A stretch of DNA of 26,890 nucleotides from an uncultured bacterium (GTDB lineage: Bacteria; Abyssobacteria; SURF-5), in the NCBI GenBank assembly GCA_964510165.1, contig CAZEBC010000033.1, positions 1 through 26,890 of the forward strand, given 5' to 3'. Below the pieces are notes generated by a model that made no database searches, was not told where the DNA came from, and was given only the letters and a program-made list of their open reading frames with translations. Both the position numbers and the translations under genes were made by a program. Positions 19,198 through 26,890 of this stretch are shown in pieces. Each line of letters opens with the position of its first letter. The first letter of the stretch is position 1.

Positions 19198-19917
19198 TCA
19201 ATGCCCGAGAAAGAGCGGGCCTCGCTCGAATTTCGGCTTCCACTCGGAATAGTCAACTACATAATTATATCCGCACACTTTCGAAATCTCGCGGCCCCGC
19301 AAGATGTCCCTTATCTTCCCGCCGCCGGCGATGGTCTCGTCAGCCGGACCATACGGATTGTAAGTCATTAGGTCCTTTTGCAGAAACACGTAATCGCAAA
19401 TCAGGAGAACGTCGCCGAAAAAATACATGGTGAAGCCCGGTGTGTGGCCCGCGATGTGAAACGCCTCGATTCCGTCCTCCTCGAAGTTCTTCTCGAACGT
19501 CGAGTCAAACGTGAAGGCCCGGCATATCTCGTGTGCGGAGTCACTCTTGTGGATGCGCACTTCCGCCGAGAACAGCTCGCGATACAGGTTGGACGCTCCC
19601 AAAAAATGATGATGCGTGAACACGAGCGCGTCCGCACGCTTAAGGCTCTTGTCGAACGACGAGGGACAATCTATCCAGAACGTCTTTTTCGCCGTCTCGA
19701 TCCGATACGCCGCATGCTCGAGCCCCAGCGCCGGAACAGAATTCAGCCGTGTCACTTTGTCATTGCCGCGCATGCCCTCCACCCGATACCTCGCCGAGTA
19801 CTCCTCCATCGAGATGAAATTCTCTTTCGCCGCCCTGCAAAACGGGCACTCATCGGGATAATACCCGACCATGTTAAACCTACACAGCAGACAGACGTAT
19901 TGTTTGGTCCGTTGCAC
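19198..19917 (-). CDS. Rubredoxin-like (CxxC...CPxC) domain fused to an MBL-fold metallo-hydrolase-like domain
   Basis: YVCLLC..NM....PDECPFC.A.KENF, then THHHFLG, HKSD, GHTPG, ICD; probable GTG start at 19917 because the ORF-track extension is repeat DNA. Confidence 0.75.
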   Translation of the reverse strand: MQRTKQYVCLLCRFNMVGYYPDECPFCRAAKENFISMEEYSARYRVEGMRGNDKVTRLNSVPALGLEHAAYRIETAKKTFWIDCPSSFDKSLKRADALVFTHHHFLGASNLYRELFSAEVRIHKSDSAHEICRAFTFDSTFEKNFEEDGIEAFHIAGHTPGFTMYFFGDVLLICDYVFLQKDLMTYNPYGPADETIAGGGKIRDILRGREISKVCGYNYVVDYSEWKPKFERGPLFLGH

Positions 19918-19934
19918 TGCGCGCCTGCGTCCAT

Positions 19935-19972
19935 CTCCCTCTCCCTCTGGGAGAGGGCCGGGGTGAGGGACC
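19935..19972 (-). repeat. CCCTCACCC..CCCTCTCCC..GGGAGAGGG palindromic repeat
   Basis: Minus strand CCCTCACCCCGGCCCTCTCCCAGAGGGAGAGGGAG; second copy at 23700-23732 on +. Confidence 0.75.
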
Positions 19973-20013
19973 CCGGACAAGCCCTACTGGTCCGACAAGT
20001 CCGACTCGTCCCC

Positions 20014-21744
20014 CTAAAAATTCAACACCGCGTCCAACTCCGCGTGCGGCACATCAAACACCGAGTTGTGCGGCGGCAGCTTTTCGGTCTCGAAGAACAT
20101 CGGCAGCCGATCCTCCTCGGACGTGAAGCCGGCGCCCTTGTTGAATTCGCGCTCGGTCCTCAGCACCGATTTCCCGAGCGCAACAACGTCATCCGGCCCG
20201 AGTTGAAGCCCATACCTTGCGTTGATCATCTGGTACATCGCCTCAAACGCCTCGGGCATGTCGAGCACCGCAAACGCGACGAACAGGCACAGTCCGCTGC
20301 TGTCCAGAGCCGCCGTCGCCACCTGCAGATTGCGCGAGAGTTCCACCTGACCCTCGACCCTCAGCGGGTCAGTCTTGCCGCCGACGCCGAGCACATTGGC
20401 CGTAATGCTGTAGCCCGCCGTGTGGTCGGCGCCCATCGGTGACGTCGCATACGTGACGCCGATCCCCTTAATCGCGCGCGGGTCATACGCCGGCAGCGCC
20501 TGCCTCTTGACGACCGGCACGCGTTCCACCCCAAACACCTGGCCCGTCACCGCCGCGCCGCACCCGAGCACGCGCCCGAGCGGGGTGCCCTTGCCCACTT
20601 CATCCCGTAACAGCGCGATTGCGCCCTTGCCGTCGCCGAACGCGATGTAGCCCGACTCCATCAGCACCGCCAGAGTCGCGCCCATCTCGATCGTGTCCAG
20701 CCCGATGTCGTCATAGAGCCGGTCGAGCCGCGCGATCGTGTCGAGGTCCCCGATGCCGCAGTTCGGCCCGTTCGCCCACACGGTCTCGTACTCCGGCCCT
20801 TTCGTCAGATACTTCTTATTCTTATCGTTATAGATGCGCGAGCATTGGATCACGCAGCCGCGATGGCACGGATGCGTCGGAAAACCCCCGCGCTGCAAGA
20901 TCACCTCGCGCTGCATCTCGCCGCTCACCTTCGAGGCAAGCTCGAACTTGCCCGCGCTGAAGTTGCGCGTTGGCAACCCGCCCGCTTCATTAATCACGTT
21001 GGTGAGCACATTGGTCCCATACGTCGGAAGCCCCTGGCCAGTGACCGCATGCTCCTTGAGGCATTTTGTGAACGTCTTGACCGCCGCTTTGAACGCCTCC
21101 GGGTTCTTGATCGGGACCGTCGGCGTTCCGCTGTCATCAAGCACGATAGCCTTCAGCCCCTTCGACCCCATGGCCGCCCCAAGACCACCACGGCCCGCAT
21201 GGCGCGTCGGCCGGTTCTCGAGGTCGGTCACCGCGATGCTCGCAGCCGACATCAGTCGCTCGCCCGCCGTCCCGATGGTGATGCAGGAAACCTTGTCGCC
21301 GTATTCCTTGGTAAGCTTCTCGACGGCCTTATAATTGTTGGCGCCCTTGAGTTCTTTCGCGGGCAAGAGTTCCGCCTTGTTCTTGTCAATGACCAGCTTC
21401 CAGAGGGCGCCGGCCTGCGCCTTGCCCTCGACCACAATCGCCGCAATCCCCAGCCGCGCCAGCTTCTGCGACGCCGTGCCGCCCGCGTTGCTCTCCTTGA
21501 TGCCGCCGGTCAGCGGGCTTTTCCCTCCCACTGAAAGCCTGCCCGAGCATGGAGCGCCCGTTCCCGTCAGCAGCCCCGGCGCAAACACAAGCTTGTTCTC
21601 CGAGCCGAGCGCATGACACAATGGCGGAACCTCCCGGCTCACAACCGCCGACGTGAGCGCCCGCCCCGCCAGCCCGGCATACTTCGACGCCGACTCCTCG
21701 GTCACGCTCTGCTCCGTCATGTTGATGCGAAGTATCTTTTCCAT
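20014..21744 (-). CDS. aor: Aldehyde:ferredoxin oxidoreductase (W/Mo-pterin, AOR family)
   Basis: KSPLTGGIKESNAGG, GRGGLGAAMGSKGLKAI, CxxGCxxxC, EYET, DDIGLDTI, GLCLF; ATG 21744 with GGGGAGG RBS (576 aa). Confidence 0.95.
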   Translation of the reverse strand: MEKILRINMTEQSVTEESASKYAGLAGRALTSAVVSREVPPLCHALGSENKLVFAPGLLTGTGAPCSGRLSVGGKSPLTGGIKESNAGGTASQKLARLGIAAIVVEGKAQAGALWKLVIDKNKAELLPAKELKGANNYKAVEKLTKEYGDKVSCITIGTAGERLMSAASIAVTDLENRPTRHAGRGGLGAAMGSKGLKAIVLDDSGTPTVPIKNPEAFKAAVKTFTKCLKEHAVTGQGLPTYGTNVLTNVINEAGGLPTRNFSAGKFELASKVSGEMQREVILQRGGFPTHPCHRGCVIQCSRIYNDKNKKYLTKGPEYETVWANGPNCGIGDLDTIARLDRLYDDIGLDTIEMGATLAVLMESGYIAFGDGKGAIALLRDEVGKGTPLGRVLGCGAAVTGQVFGVERVPVVKRQALPAYDPRAIKGIGVTYATSPMGADHTAGYSITANVLGVGGKTDPLRVEGQVELSRNLQVATAALDSSGLCLFVAFAVLDMPEAFEAMYQMINARYGLQLGPDDVVALGKSVLRTEREFNKGAGFTSEEDRLPMFFETEKLPPHNSVFDVPHAELDAVLNF

Positions 21745-21988
21745 CGCCACAACCTCCCCCCGCTCTTGACAGACCACCATGGCCTTGGTTGCAAGTGCAA
21801 ATTCATTCGCACGCCTTCTTCGAGCATTTTCGCGAAGTTCGTGCGAATAGAGTCGCGCCACACCCGAAACTGCTGGAATTATGTCACAAGCCACAAGCCA
21901 ATTCAAGCCGTAGTCGCGGACATCTTTCCTCCGCCGCGCTGGGGTTAGAGAAGCGGTTTCATCACCGAAAACCAGCCCAAGCCGCTGA

Positions 21989-23185
21989 TCAGTCGTATGC
22001 TCCTATTGTCTCCACGAGACGCCGGACCAGACGGAAATTCTCGACCGGCGTTCCGCGCGGAGTCGTGTCGGCGCTGCCCAGGAGCACGCCCCGGCGCGGC
22101 TTGATCCGCTCGATGAGGCCCGCCACCTCCGCCTCAACAGCCTTGGCGTCCTGGCTGATAAACGTGGTCGGGTCTATGCCGCCCATCACCGAGTGCTCCG
22201 GCAACCTGTCCGCCGCTTCATCGAGCGCGAGGTCGCCCGTCGGCGGCGGGGGTATGTCGGAGACGCCGTCGAAACGCCCGCGCCCGATATCGTTCACAAA
22301 CGCCCGCAACTTCCCGCACATGTGCACAAGAAATATCTTGCCGGCCGCCCCGAGTATGTCGGCGTGCTCGTTCAGGCACGGCAGGCAGTACCGGAGAAAC
22401 ATGTCGGGCGAAAGAAGCGTGCTCGATGTGTTCTCATATTGGACAACGACTTGGGCGGGGCTGGCGGCCACCGCCTCGACGTGACGCCGCACGGACGTGC
22501 GCAGCCGCGCCATGATGTCTTCGACTTCCGCGCGGTGGTCATGCAGCATATAGTACGTGTTCTCGAGACCCCACGCCATCTCGATAAGGAACATCAGTGG
22601 CGAGTTCGGGATTGAGACCATTGCGATCCCATCCTCACCTATCCGCGCCTCGGCCTCGTGGAACATATCGTATGCGGGCGCGGGCGGCTCCATGAGCAGG
22701 CGCTCGACGGCGTAATGAAATATCTTCAGTTCCTCATGGTCGGTCACCGCCGGCTTCACCATGTGCGGAATCCAGCCGACCTTGTCGGTATAGCGCCACG
22801 CCGCAGTCAACGTGCCCACGGGCGTCTCGATGATCTCGGTGAGCTGCCCCTGCTCGAACTCGGCCCTCGCCTCGACGGGCGGCCCGAACCGTCCCATGCT
22901 CTGAAGATGCGGTGCGCCGCCCGCGAGCGGCTCGGTCACCGGCACATGGCGCGCGTTGACGTCGCACCCCAGCCTTCGAGCGGCCTCGATCTGGGTTGCA
23001 AGGTCCATAATCGGTCCGGTCACGCCGCCGATGATTTCGGGAGGCATGTCCATGAGTGTATACGAATCGATCAGCGGAACAAAGGGGATCCGGTCGACCG
23101 GCTCTTTCCGAAGCGCGGCCAGAATCCGCTCCCTTGATGTCATTCTGCCGTGATCTTTCATCGGTGGCTCCAATATGGTTTGCAT
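21989..23185 (-). CDS. Uroporphyrinogen decarboxylase / MtaA-CmuA methyltransferase superfamily protein
   Basis: MTSRERILAAL..EPVDRIP, LLSPDMF..Y..P, HMCG, GGIDP, TPVEN; start may be 23161 or 23143. Confidence 0.85.
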   Translation of the reverse strand: MQTILEPPMKDHGRMTSRERILAALRKEPVDRIPFVPLIDSYTLMDMPPEIIGGVTGPIMDLATQIEAARRLGCDVNARHVPVTEPLAGGAPHLQSMGRFGPPVEARAEFEQGQLTEIIETPVGTLTAAWRYTDKVGWIPHMVKPAVTDHEELKIFHYAVERLLMEPPAPAYDMFHEAEARIGEDGIAMVSIPNSPLMFLIEMAWGLENTYYMLHDHRAEVEDIMARLRTSVRRHVEAVAASPAQVVVQYENTSSTLLSPDMFLRYCLPCLNEHADILGAAGKIFLVHMCGKLRAFVNDIGRGRFDGVSDIPPPPTGDLALDEAADRLPEHSVMGGIDPTTFISQDAKAVEAEVAGLIERIKPRRGVLLGSADTTPRGTPVENFRLVRRLVETIGAYD

Positions 23186-23210
23186 GCTTGGCTAATAATA
23201 CCCGGTAACC

Positions 23211-23240
23211 AGTGTACGTTGTTCCTTGCTCGTTGGTCAA
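23211..23240 (-). promoter_or_regulatory. Putative sigma70 promoter of the URO-D-family gene
   Basis: Minus strand TTGACC-N18-TACACT. Confidence 0.5.
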
Positions 23241-23280
23241 ACCCGACGACCTCCCGTTCAACGCATCCATCTTGGAGGGC

Positions 23281-23331
23281 TTGACAAGTAAGAGATTGCG
23301 TGATATGCTGTAATTTCAGAATATTCTGAAA
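23281..23331 (+). promoter_or_regulatory. sigma70 promoter with a perfect palindromic operator
   Basis: TTGACA(23281)-N17-TATGCT(23304) with TG extension, then TTTCAGAATATTCTGAAA (23314-23331). Confidence 0.75.
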
Positions 23332-23377
23332 AGATGGAACGAGGTAATATCGGCCTTCGTTTAAGGGAGGAACGCAC

Positions 23378-23653
23378 ATGACGGCAGGACAGAAAACCTC
23401 CAATAAGAAGGGCGCGTCCAGTCCCAAGGCGTGCTGCAGGATTGAGGCGCTTGTCTCGCTTGACGCCAGAGGCCAGATTCTTCTCCCGAAAGAGGTCAGG
23501 GAGAAAGCCGGTCTCCAGCCGGGCGACAAGCTCGCCGTGATTCTCTGTGAATCCGCCGACCAGATTTCCCGAATCACGCTGGTAAGAGCGGACGCCTTTG
23601 CACGGACGGCCAGGGAAATGCTCGGCCCGATGATGGGCATGCTCGAAGAGTGA
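23378..23653 (+). CDS. AbrB/MazE/SpoVT-fold DNA-binding protein, HgcC (HgcAB-associated protein)-like
   Basis: CCRIEALVSLDARGQILLPKEVREKAGLQPGDKLAVI...MLGPMM; AAGGGAGG RBS. Confidence 0.85.
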   Translation: MTAGQKTSNKKGASSPKACCRIEALVSLDARGQILLPKEVREKAGLQPGDKLAVILCESADQISRITLVRADAFARTAREMLGPMMGMLEE

Positions 23654-23699
23654 CAATCTTTTATCGGGAATACCGTGCGGCATGGCGTACCAATTGGCT

Positions 23700-23732
23700 C
23701 CCTCACCCCAACCCTCTCCCACCGGGAGAGGG
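23700..23732 (+). repeat. CCCTCACCC..CCCTCTCCC..GGGAGAGGG palindromic repeat
   Basis: CCCTCACCCCAACCCTCTCCCACCGGGAGAGGG; hairpin CCCTCTCCC/GGGAGAGGG. Confidence 0.75.
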
Positions 23733-23801
23733 CAAAGTGAGGAGTTTCGATTGCGGCGATGCCGCGCCGTGAACGCAATGTGTTGAGGAAAGGAGATTAG
23801 G

Positions 23802-24662
23802 ATGAGTTGGGTTTTGATTGACAAGGACAAATGCACAGACTGCGGCATCTGCGCGCTCAGGTGTCCGCTGTGCTTCTCACGACAGGGCGACACAATGACG
23901 GCACACGCAAACGAGAACTGCTGCAATCTCTGCGGCCACTGCGTGGCTCTGTGTCCGGCCGACGCCATCACCCACACGCGGATGGACATGACCAATTTCG
24001 TTGAGATTGCCGACAGCCCACCCTTCGAGACCGGTGCCTTCATGCGATTCATTCGTGAGAGACGCAGCCACCGCCATTTCAAGGACAAGAAGATATCCCG
24101 CGCCGATTTGGAGAAGCTCGTAGACCTCTGCCGCTACGCCCCCACCGGCGGCAACGTGCAAACGGTCGAAATCATCGTCGTCGAAAATCCGGACCGCCGA
24201 CAGAGACTTTCCGACCTGACGACCGACTTCTTCATCGAGATGGGCGGCGCCGCCGAGAAGTCGCTCCAGGAAGCGGCGGGCGACGCCGTCGCTGACCGAG
24301 AGACCCTCCAGACGCTCGCATACTACAAGAACCGCCTCACCCTGGCCCGCGCCGCGGGTTACGACGCCATCTTCTACAAAGCGCCTGCCGTCGCCATCTT
24401 CCATTCGCATGTGTCAACTCGCACCCCGAAAGACAACTGCGTCATCGCCTCGACCATCATGGGACTGACCGCACGGACCATGGGCCTCGAGGCCACCTAC
24501 ATCGGCCTGTTCGAGATGGCCTCGAAGATGTATCAGCCACTGGTCGAGGAACTGCGCCTGCCCCCAAACCACGAGGTCTTCAGTTGCCTCATCATGGGCT
24601 ATCCAAAGCTCAAATTCCTCAAGACCGTCGACAGAAAACCAGTCAAAACGCGGTGGGAATGA
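23802..24662 (+). CDS. Nitroreductase family protein with N-terminal 2x[4Fe-4S] domain
   Basis: CTDCGICALRCP and CNLCGHCVALCP; RRSHRHFK, YAPTGGN.Q, MGYP; AAGGAG RBS. Confidence 0.93.
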   Translation: MSWVLIDKDKCTDCGICALRCPLCFSRQGDTMTAHANENCCNLCGHCVALCPADAITHTRMDMTNFVEIADSPPFETGAFMRFIRERRSHRHFKDKKISRADLEKLVDLCRYAPTGGNVQTVEIIVVENPDRRQRLSDLTTDFFIEMGGAAEKSLQEAAGDAVADRETLQTLAYYKNRLTLARAAGYDAIFYKAPAVAIFHSHVSTRTPKDNCVIASTIMGLTARTMGLEATYIGLFEMASKMYQPLVEELRLPPNHEVFSCLIMGYPKLKFLKTVDRKPVKTRWE

Positions 24663-24771
24663 GTGCAATCGGGCGGAATCCGGAAAGGAAATCGGTCAAA
24701 CGGAAACACGTCGGCATAATGGTAATTCCAATGTAAGGACGCTCCTCGCATCGCTTCTCATCGCTACGCTC

Positions 24772-26628
24772 GTGGCGGTTCTGGCCGCGTGCGCCCGAGG
24801 TCCTGCGAGGGAGCAAGAGTCGACCAGAATAAGCGAGCCTGGCCGCTATCAAGGGTATACGTTCGCCGAATACAACGGGGTGACATCGTCATCGTTTTAC
24901 CTCACGATGCGAGACGGCGTGAAGCTCGCCCTGGACCTGCACTTGCCCAAGAATCTGCCCGAGGGCGAGAAGATACCGACCATCCTCTATCAGACCCGCT
25001 ACATCCGCTCGCTCGAATACCGGTGGCCGTTCAGCGTGTTGGTCGGCGATTCGAGAGAGATAAACAAGTCGATACGCTTCTTTGTGGCGCATGGCTACGC
25101 ATGGGTGAGCGTTGACGCGCGCGGGTCCGCCGCTTCGTTCGGAAGCAGACCGCTCGAGCTTTCGCCCGATGAAGTCAGGGACGGCGGTGAGATAGTGGAC
25201 TGGATCATCCGCCAGCCGTGGTCCGACGGAAAGGTCGGCAGTTTCGGCACGTCGTACACAGGCTCAACGAGCGAGTTCCTGCTTGTCAACAATCACCCCG
25301 CCGTCAAAGCGGTCGCTCCGAGGTTTTCGCTGTTCGACGCGTATCGCGACATCGCGTTTCCCGGCGGCGTGCATCAGACCTGGTTCACCAAAAAGTGGGC
25401 GGCGGGTAACACCGCGATCGACACGAACACCATCACCGACAAATTCGGCCCGAAGGTCCGCCTGATGGTCAAGGGCATCAAGCCGGTTGACGAAGACAAG
25501 GATGGCTCGCTCCTTGCGGCGGCCATCCGTGACCATGCGAACAACAACGACGTGCACAAGGAGGCGCTCGGTATCACATTCCGCGACGACATCAGCCCGT
25601 CCGGCATCGGCTCCATAGATATGCTCAGCTCGTTCACCTGCGCCGACAAGATGGAATCGTCCGGCGCCGCGATCTATTTCTATTCCGGCTGGTACGACGG
25701 CGCTTATCAGCGCTCGGCCATTGAAAAATACTTAACCCTCAAGAATCCCAAAAAACTCATCATCGGCCCGTGGGACCACGGCGGACGCCAGAACATCAGC
25801 CCCGCGAACCCTTCGCACGATCCCGGATTCGACCATGACGCCGAGATGCTCCGGTTCTTCGATTACCATCTGAAGGGAATCCCCAACGGAGTCATGGAGG
25901 AAAAGCCCGTTTATTACTTCACAATGATCGAGGAGAAATGGAAATCCGCCGACACGTGGCCGCTCCCGAATCAGCAGACCACGACGCTTTACTTCTCGGT
26001 TGACAACCGCCTGTCGGAAAGCCGGCCGACCGAGGACGCGGCCCATGACACTTACACCGTGGACTATTCCGCCGGCACGGGGGATCTCGCACGGTGGAAT
26101 TCCCTGACTGGACCCCGCGGTAAAGGGCTGTTCGGATATCCTGATAGAACCGAAGAAGACAAGAAGCTCCTTTGTTACACGAGCGAGCCTCTGCCCGAAG
26201 ATATGGAAGTCACCGGCCATCCCGTCGTCAGGCTATTTGTCTCCTCCACCGCCCAGGACGGCAACTTCTTCGCGTATCTGGAGGACGTTGGTCCCACAGG
26301 TCACGTCACCTACGTGACTGAAGGCCAATTGCGGGCGCTGCACCGAAGGCTCAGCGATGCAGAGCCGCCCTATGCCACGGTCGTGCCTTATCGAACTTTC
26401 AAGCGAGGCGATGCGCAGCCGCTTGTTCCGGGAGAAGTGGCCGAACTCGTGTTCGACTTGCTTCCCACTTCCTACTTGTTCAAGCAAGGCCATTCGGTGC
26501 GAATCGCGCTCGCGGGAGCCGACAAGGACCACTTTGCGCTGTTGAAAACGGACCCGCCTCCGACCCTGACTTTTTACCGAAACAGGAGTCACGCTTCCGC
26601 GGTGGCGTTGCCGGTCATTCCTCGATGA
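24772..26628 (+). CDS. CocE/NonD family hydrolase (S15-like), probable lipoprotein
   Basis: MRDGVKLA.D, DARG..AS.G, QPWSDGKVG..GTSYTG, GWYD, GPWDH; LAAC lipobox; true start uncertain. Confidence 0.92.
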   Translation: MAVLAACARGPAREQESTRISEPGRYQGYTFAEYNGVTSSSFYLTMRDGVKLALDLHLPKNLPEGEKIPTILYQTRYIRSLEYRWPFSVLVGDSREINKSIRFFVAHGYAWVSVDARGSAASFGSRPLELSPDEVRDGGEIVDWIIRQPWSDGKVGSFGTSYTGSTSEFLLVNNHPAVKAVAPRFSLFDAYRDIAFPGGVHQTWFTKKWAAGNTAIDTNTITDKFGPKVRLMVKGIKPVDEDKDGSLLAAAIRDHANNNDVHKEALGITFRDDISPSGIGSIDMLSSFTCADKMESSGAAIYFYSGWYDGAYQRSAIEKYLTLKNPKKLIIGPWDHGGRQNISPANPSHDPGFDHDAEMLRFFDYHLKGIPNGVMEEKPVYYFTMIEEKWKSADTWPLPNQQTTTLYFSVDNRLSESRPTEDAAHDTYTVDYSAGTGDLARWNSLTGPRGKGLFGYPDRTEEDKKLLCYTSEPLPEDMEVTGHPVVRLFVSSTAQDGNFFAYLEDVGPTGHVTYVTEGQLRALHRRLSDAEPPYATVVPYRTFKRGDAQPLVPGEVAELVFDLLPTSYLFKQGHSVRIALAGADKDHFALLKTDPPPTLTFYRNRSHASAVALPVIPR

Positions 26629-26670
26629 AACTGTACGGCGCAACTGGGTGTGCGACATGGATGGTGAGAA

Positions 26671-26722
26671 TTGACAGGCTGGTTTTCTTGTTACACTGTC
26701 TGCAAGTATGGAATACTTGCAG
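26671..26722 (+). promoter_or_regulatory. Putative promoter followed by an inverted repeat
   Basis: TTGACA(26671), TG-n-TACACT(26692) with a short 15-bp spacer, then CTGCAAGTAT-GGA-ATACTTGCAG (26700-26722). Confidence 0.5.
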
Positions 26723-26740
26723 TATGGAACAGTAAAAGGA

Positions 26741-26890
26741 AGACACCCCGGTCATGGGCCTCAAGTAACCCTCGCCTTCAAGAAAGAAGGGAAAAACCAA
26801 GACCTATGTTCTGCCCTCCCTTGCCGCAGTGAGGCTAGTAGAGGAGCAACTGGAAAACCGAAATCGGTATCTGGAATGGTCGAACCGGTG
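26741..26890 (+). pseudogene. Frameshifted DUF6788-like (IS-associated accessory gene) fragment, running off the window
   Basis: RHPGHGPQVTLAFKKEGK, then after removing one A in the A5 run (26792-26796) TKTYVLPSLAAVRLVEEQLENRNRYLEWSNR. Confidence 0.5.

Noticed and set aside
21745-21906. 54-aa N-terminal extension of AOR, and a sigma54 promoter in its leader
   Set aside because: A strong RBS precedes ATG 21744, where family similarity begins; TTGCA is present but the -24 GG is missing.
23802-23975. The nitroreductase ferredoxin domain as HgcB
   Set aside because: It is fused to a nitroreductase domain and lacks the terminal Cys tail; this is a common architecture in anaerobes.
23158-24410. 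Minus-strand ORFs of 206, 276 and 177 aa
   Set aside because: Antisense to the hgcC-like and nitroreductase genes, and partly translated repeat DNA.

Overview
GC-rich bacterial chromosomal window, probably from an anaerobe (AOR, URO-D/MtaA-family and Fe-S nitroreductase genes). The left edge has the 3' end of a DUF4258-like gene plus a DUF2283 gene (toxin-antitoxin-like pair), then an ~780 bp non-coding stretch packed with several short-repeat and REP-like motifs. On the minus strand follow a complete nine-gene V/A-type ATPase operon (H/G-I-K-E-C-F-A-B-D) whose four-helix K subunit has the NtpK-type Na+ site, and directly upstream a complete group-1 mrpABCDEFG Na+/H+ antiporter operon. Further upstream are a small Cys/His protein, adenosine deaminase, a PLP serine/threonine dehydratase-racemase, a membrane protein, a NUDIX hydrolase, a rubredoxin-like/MBL fusion, aldehyde:ferredoxin oxidoreductase and a URO-D/MtaA-family protein. 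On the plus strand are an HgcC-like AbrB-fold regulator with a perfect 18-bp palindrome at its promoter, a 4Fe-4S nitroreductase, a CocE/NonD hydrolase whose lipoprotein signal lacks an in-frame start codon, and a frameshifted DUF6788-like remnant. The most notable observations are tandem NrdR-like boxes 31 bp apart upstream of the ATPase operon, an hgcC-like gene without hgcAB nearby, and the repeat-stack intergenic region. All family calls come from motif recognition by eye; no database search was run.
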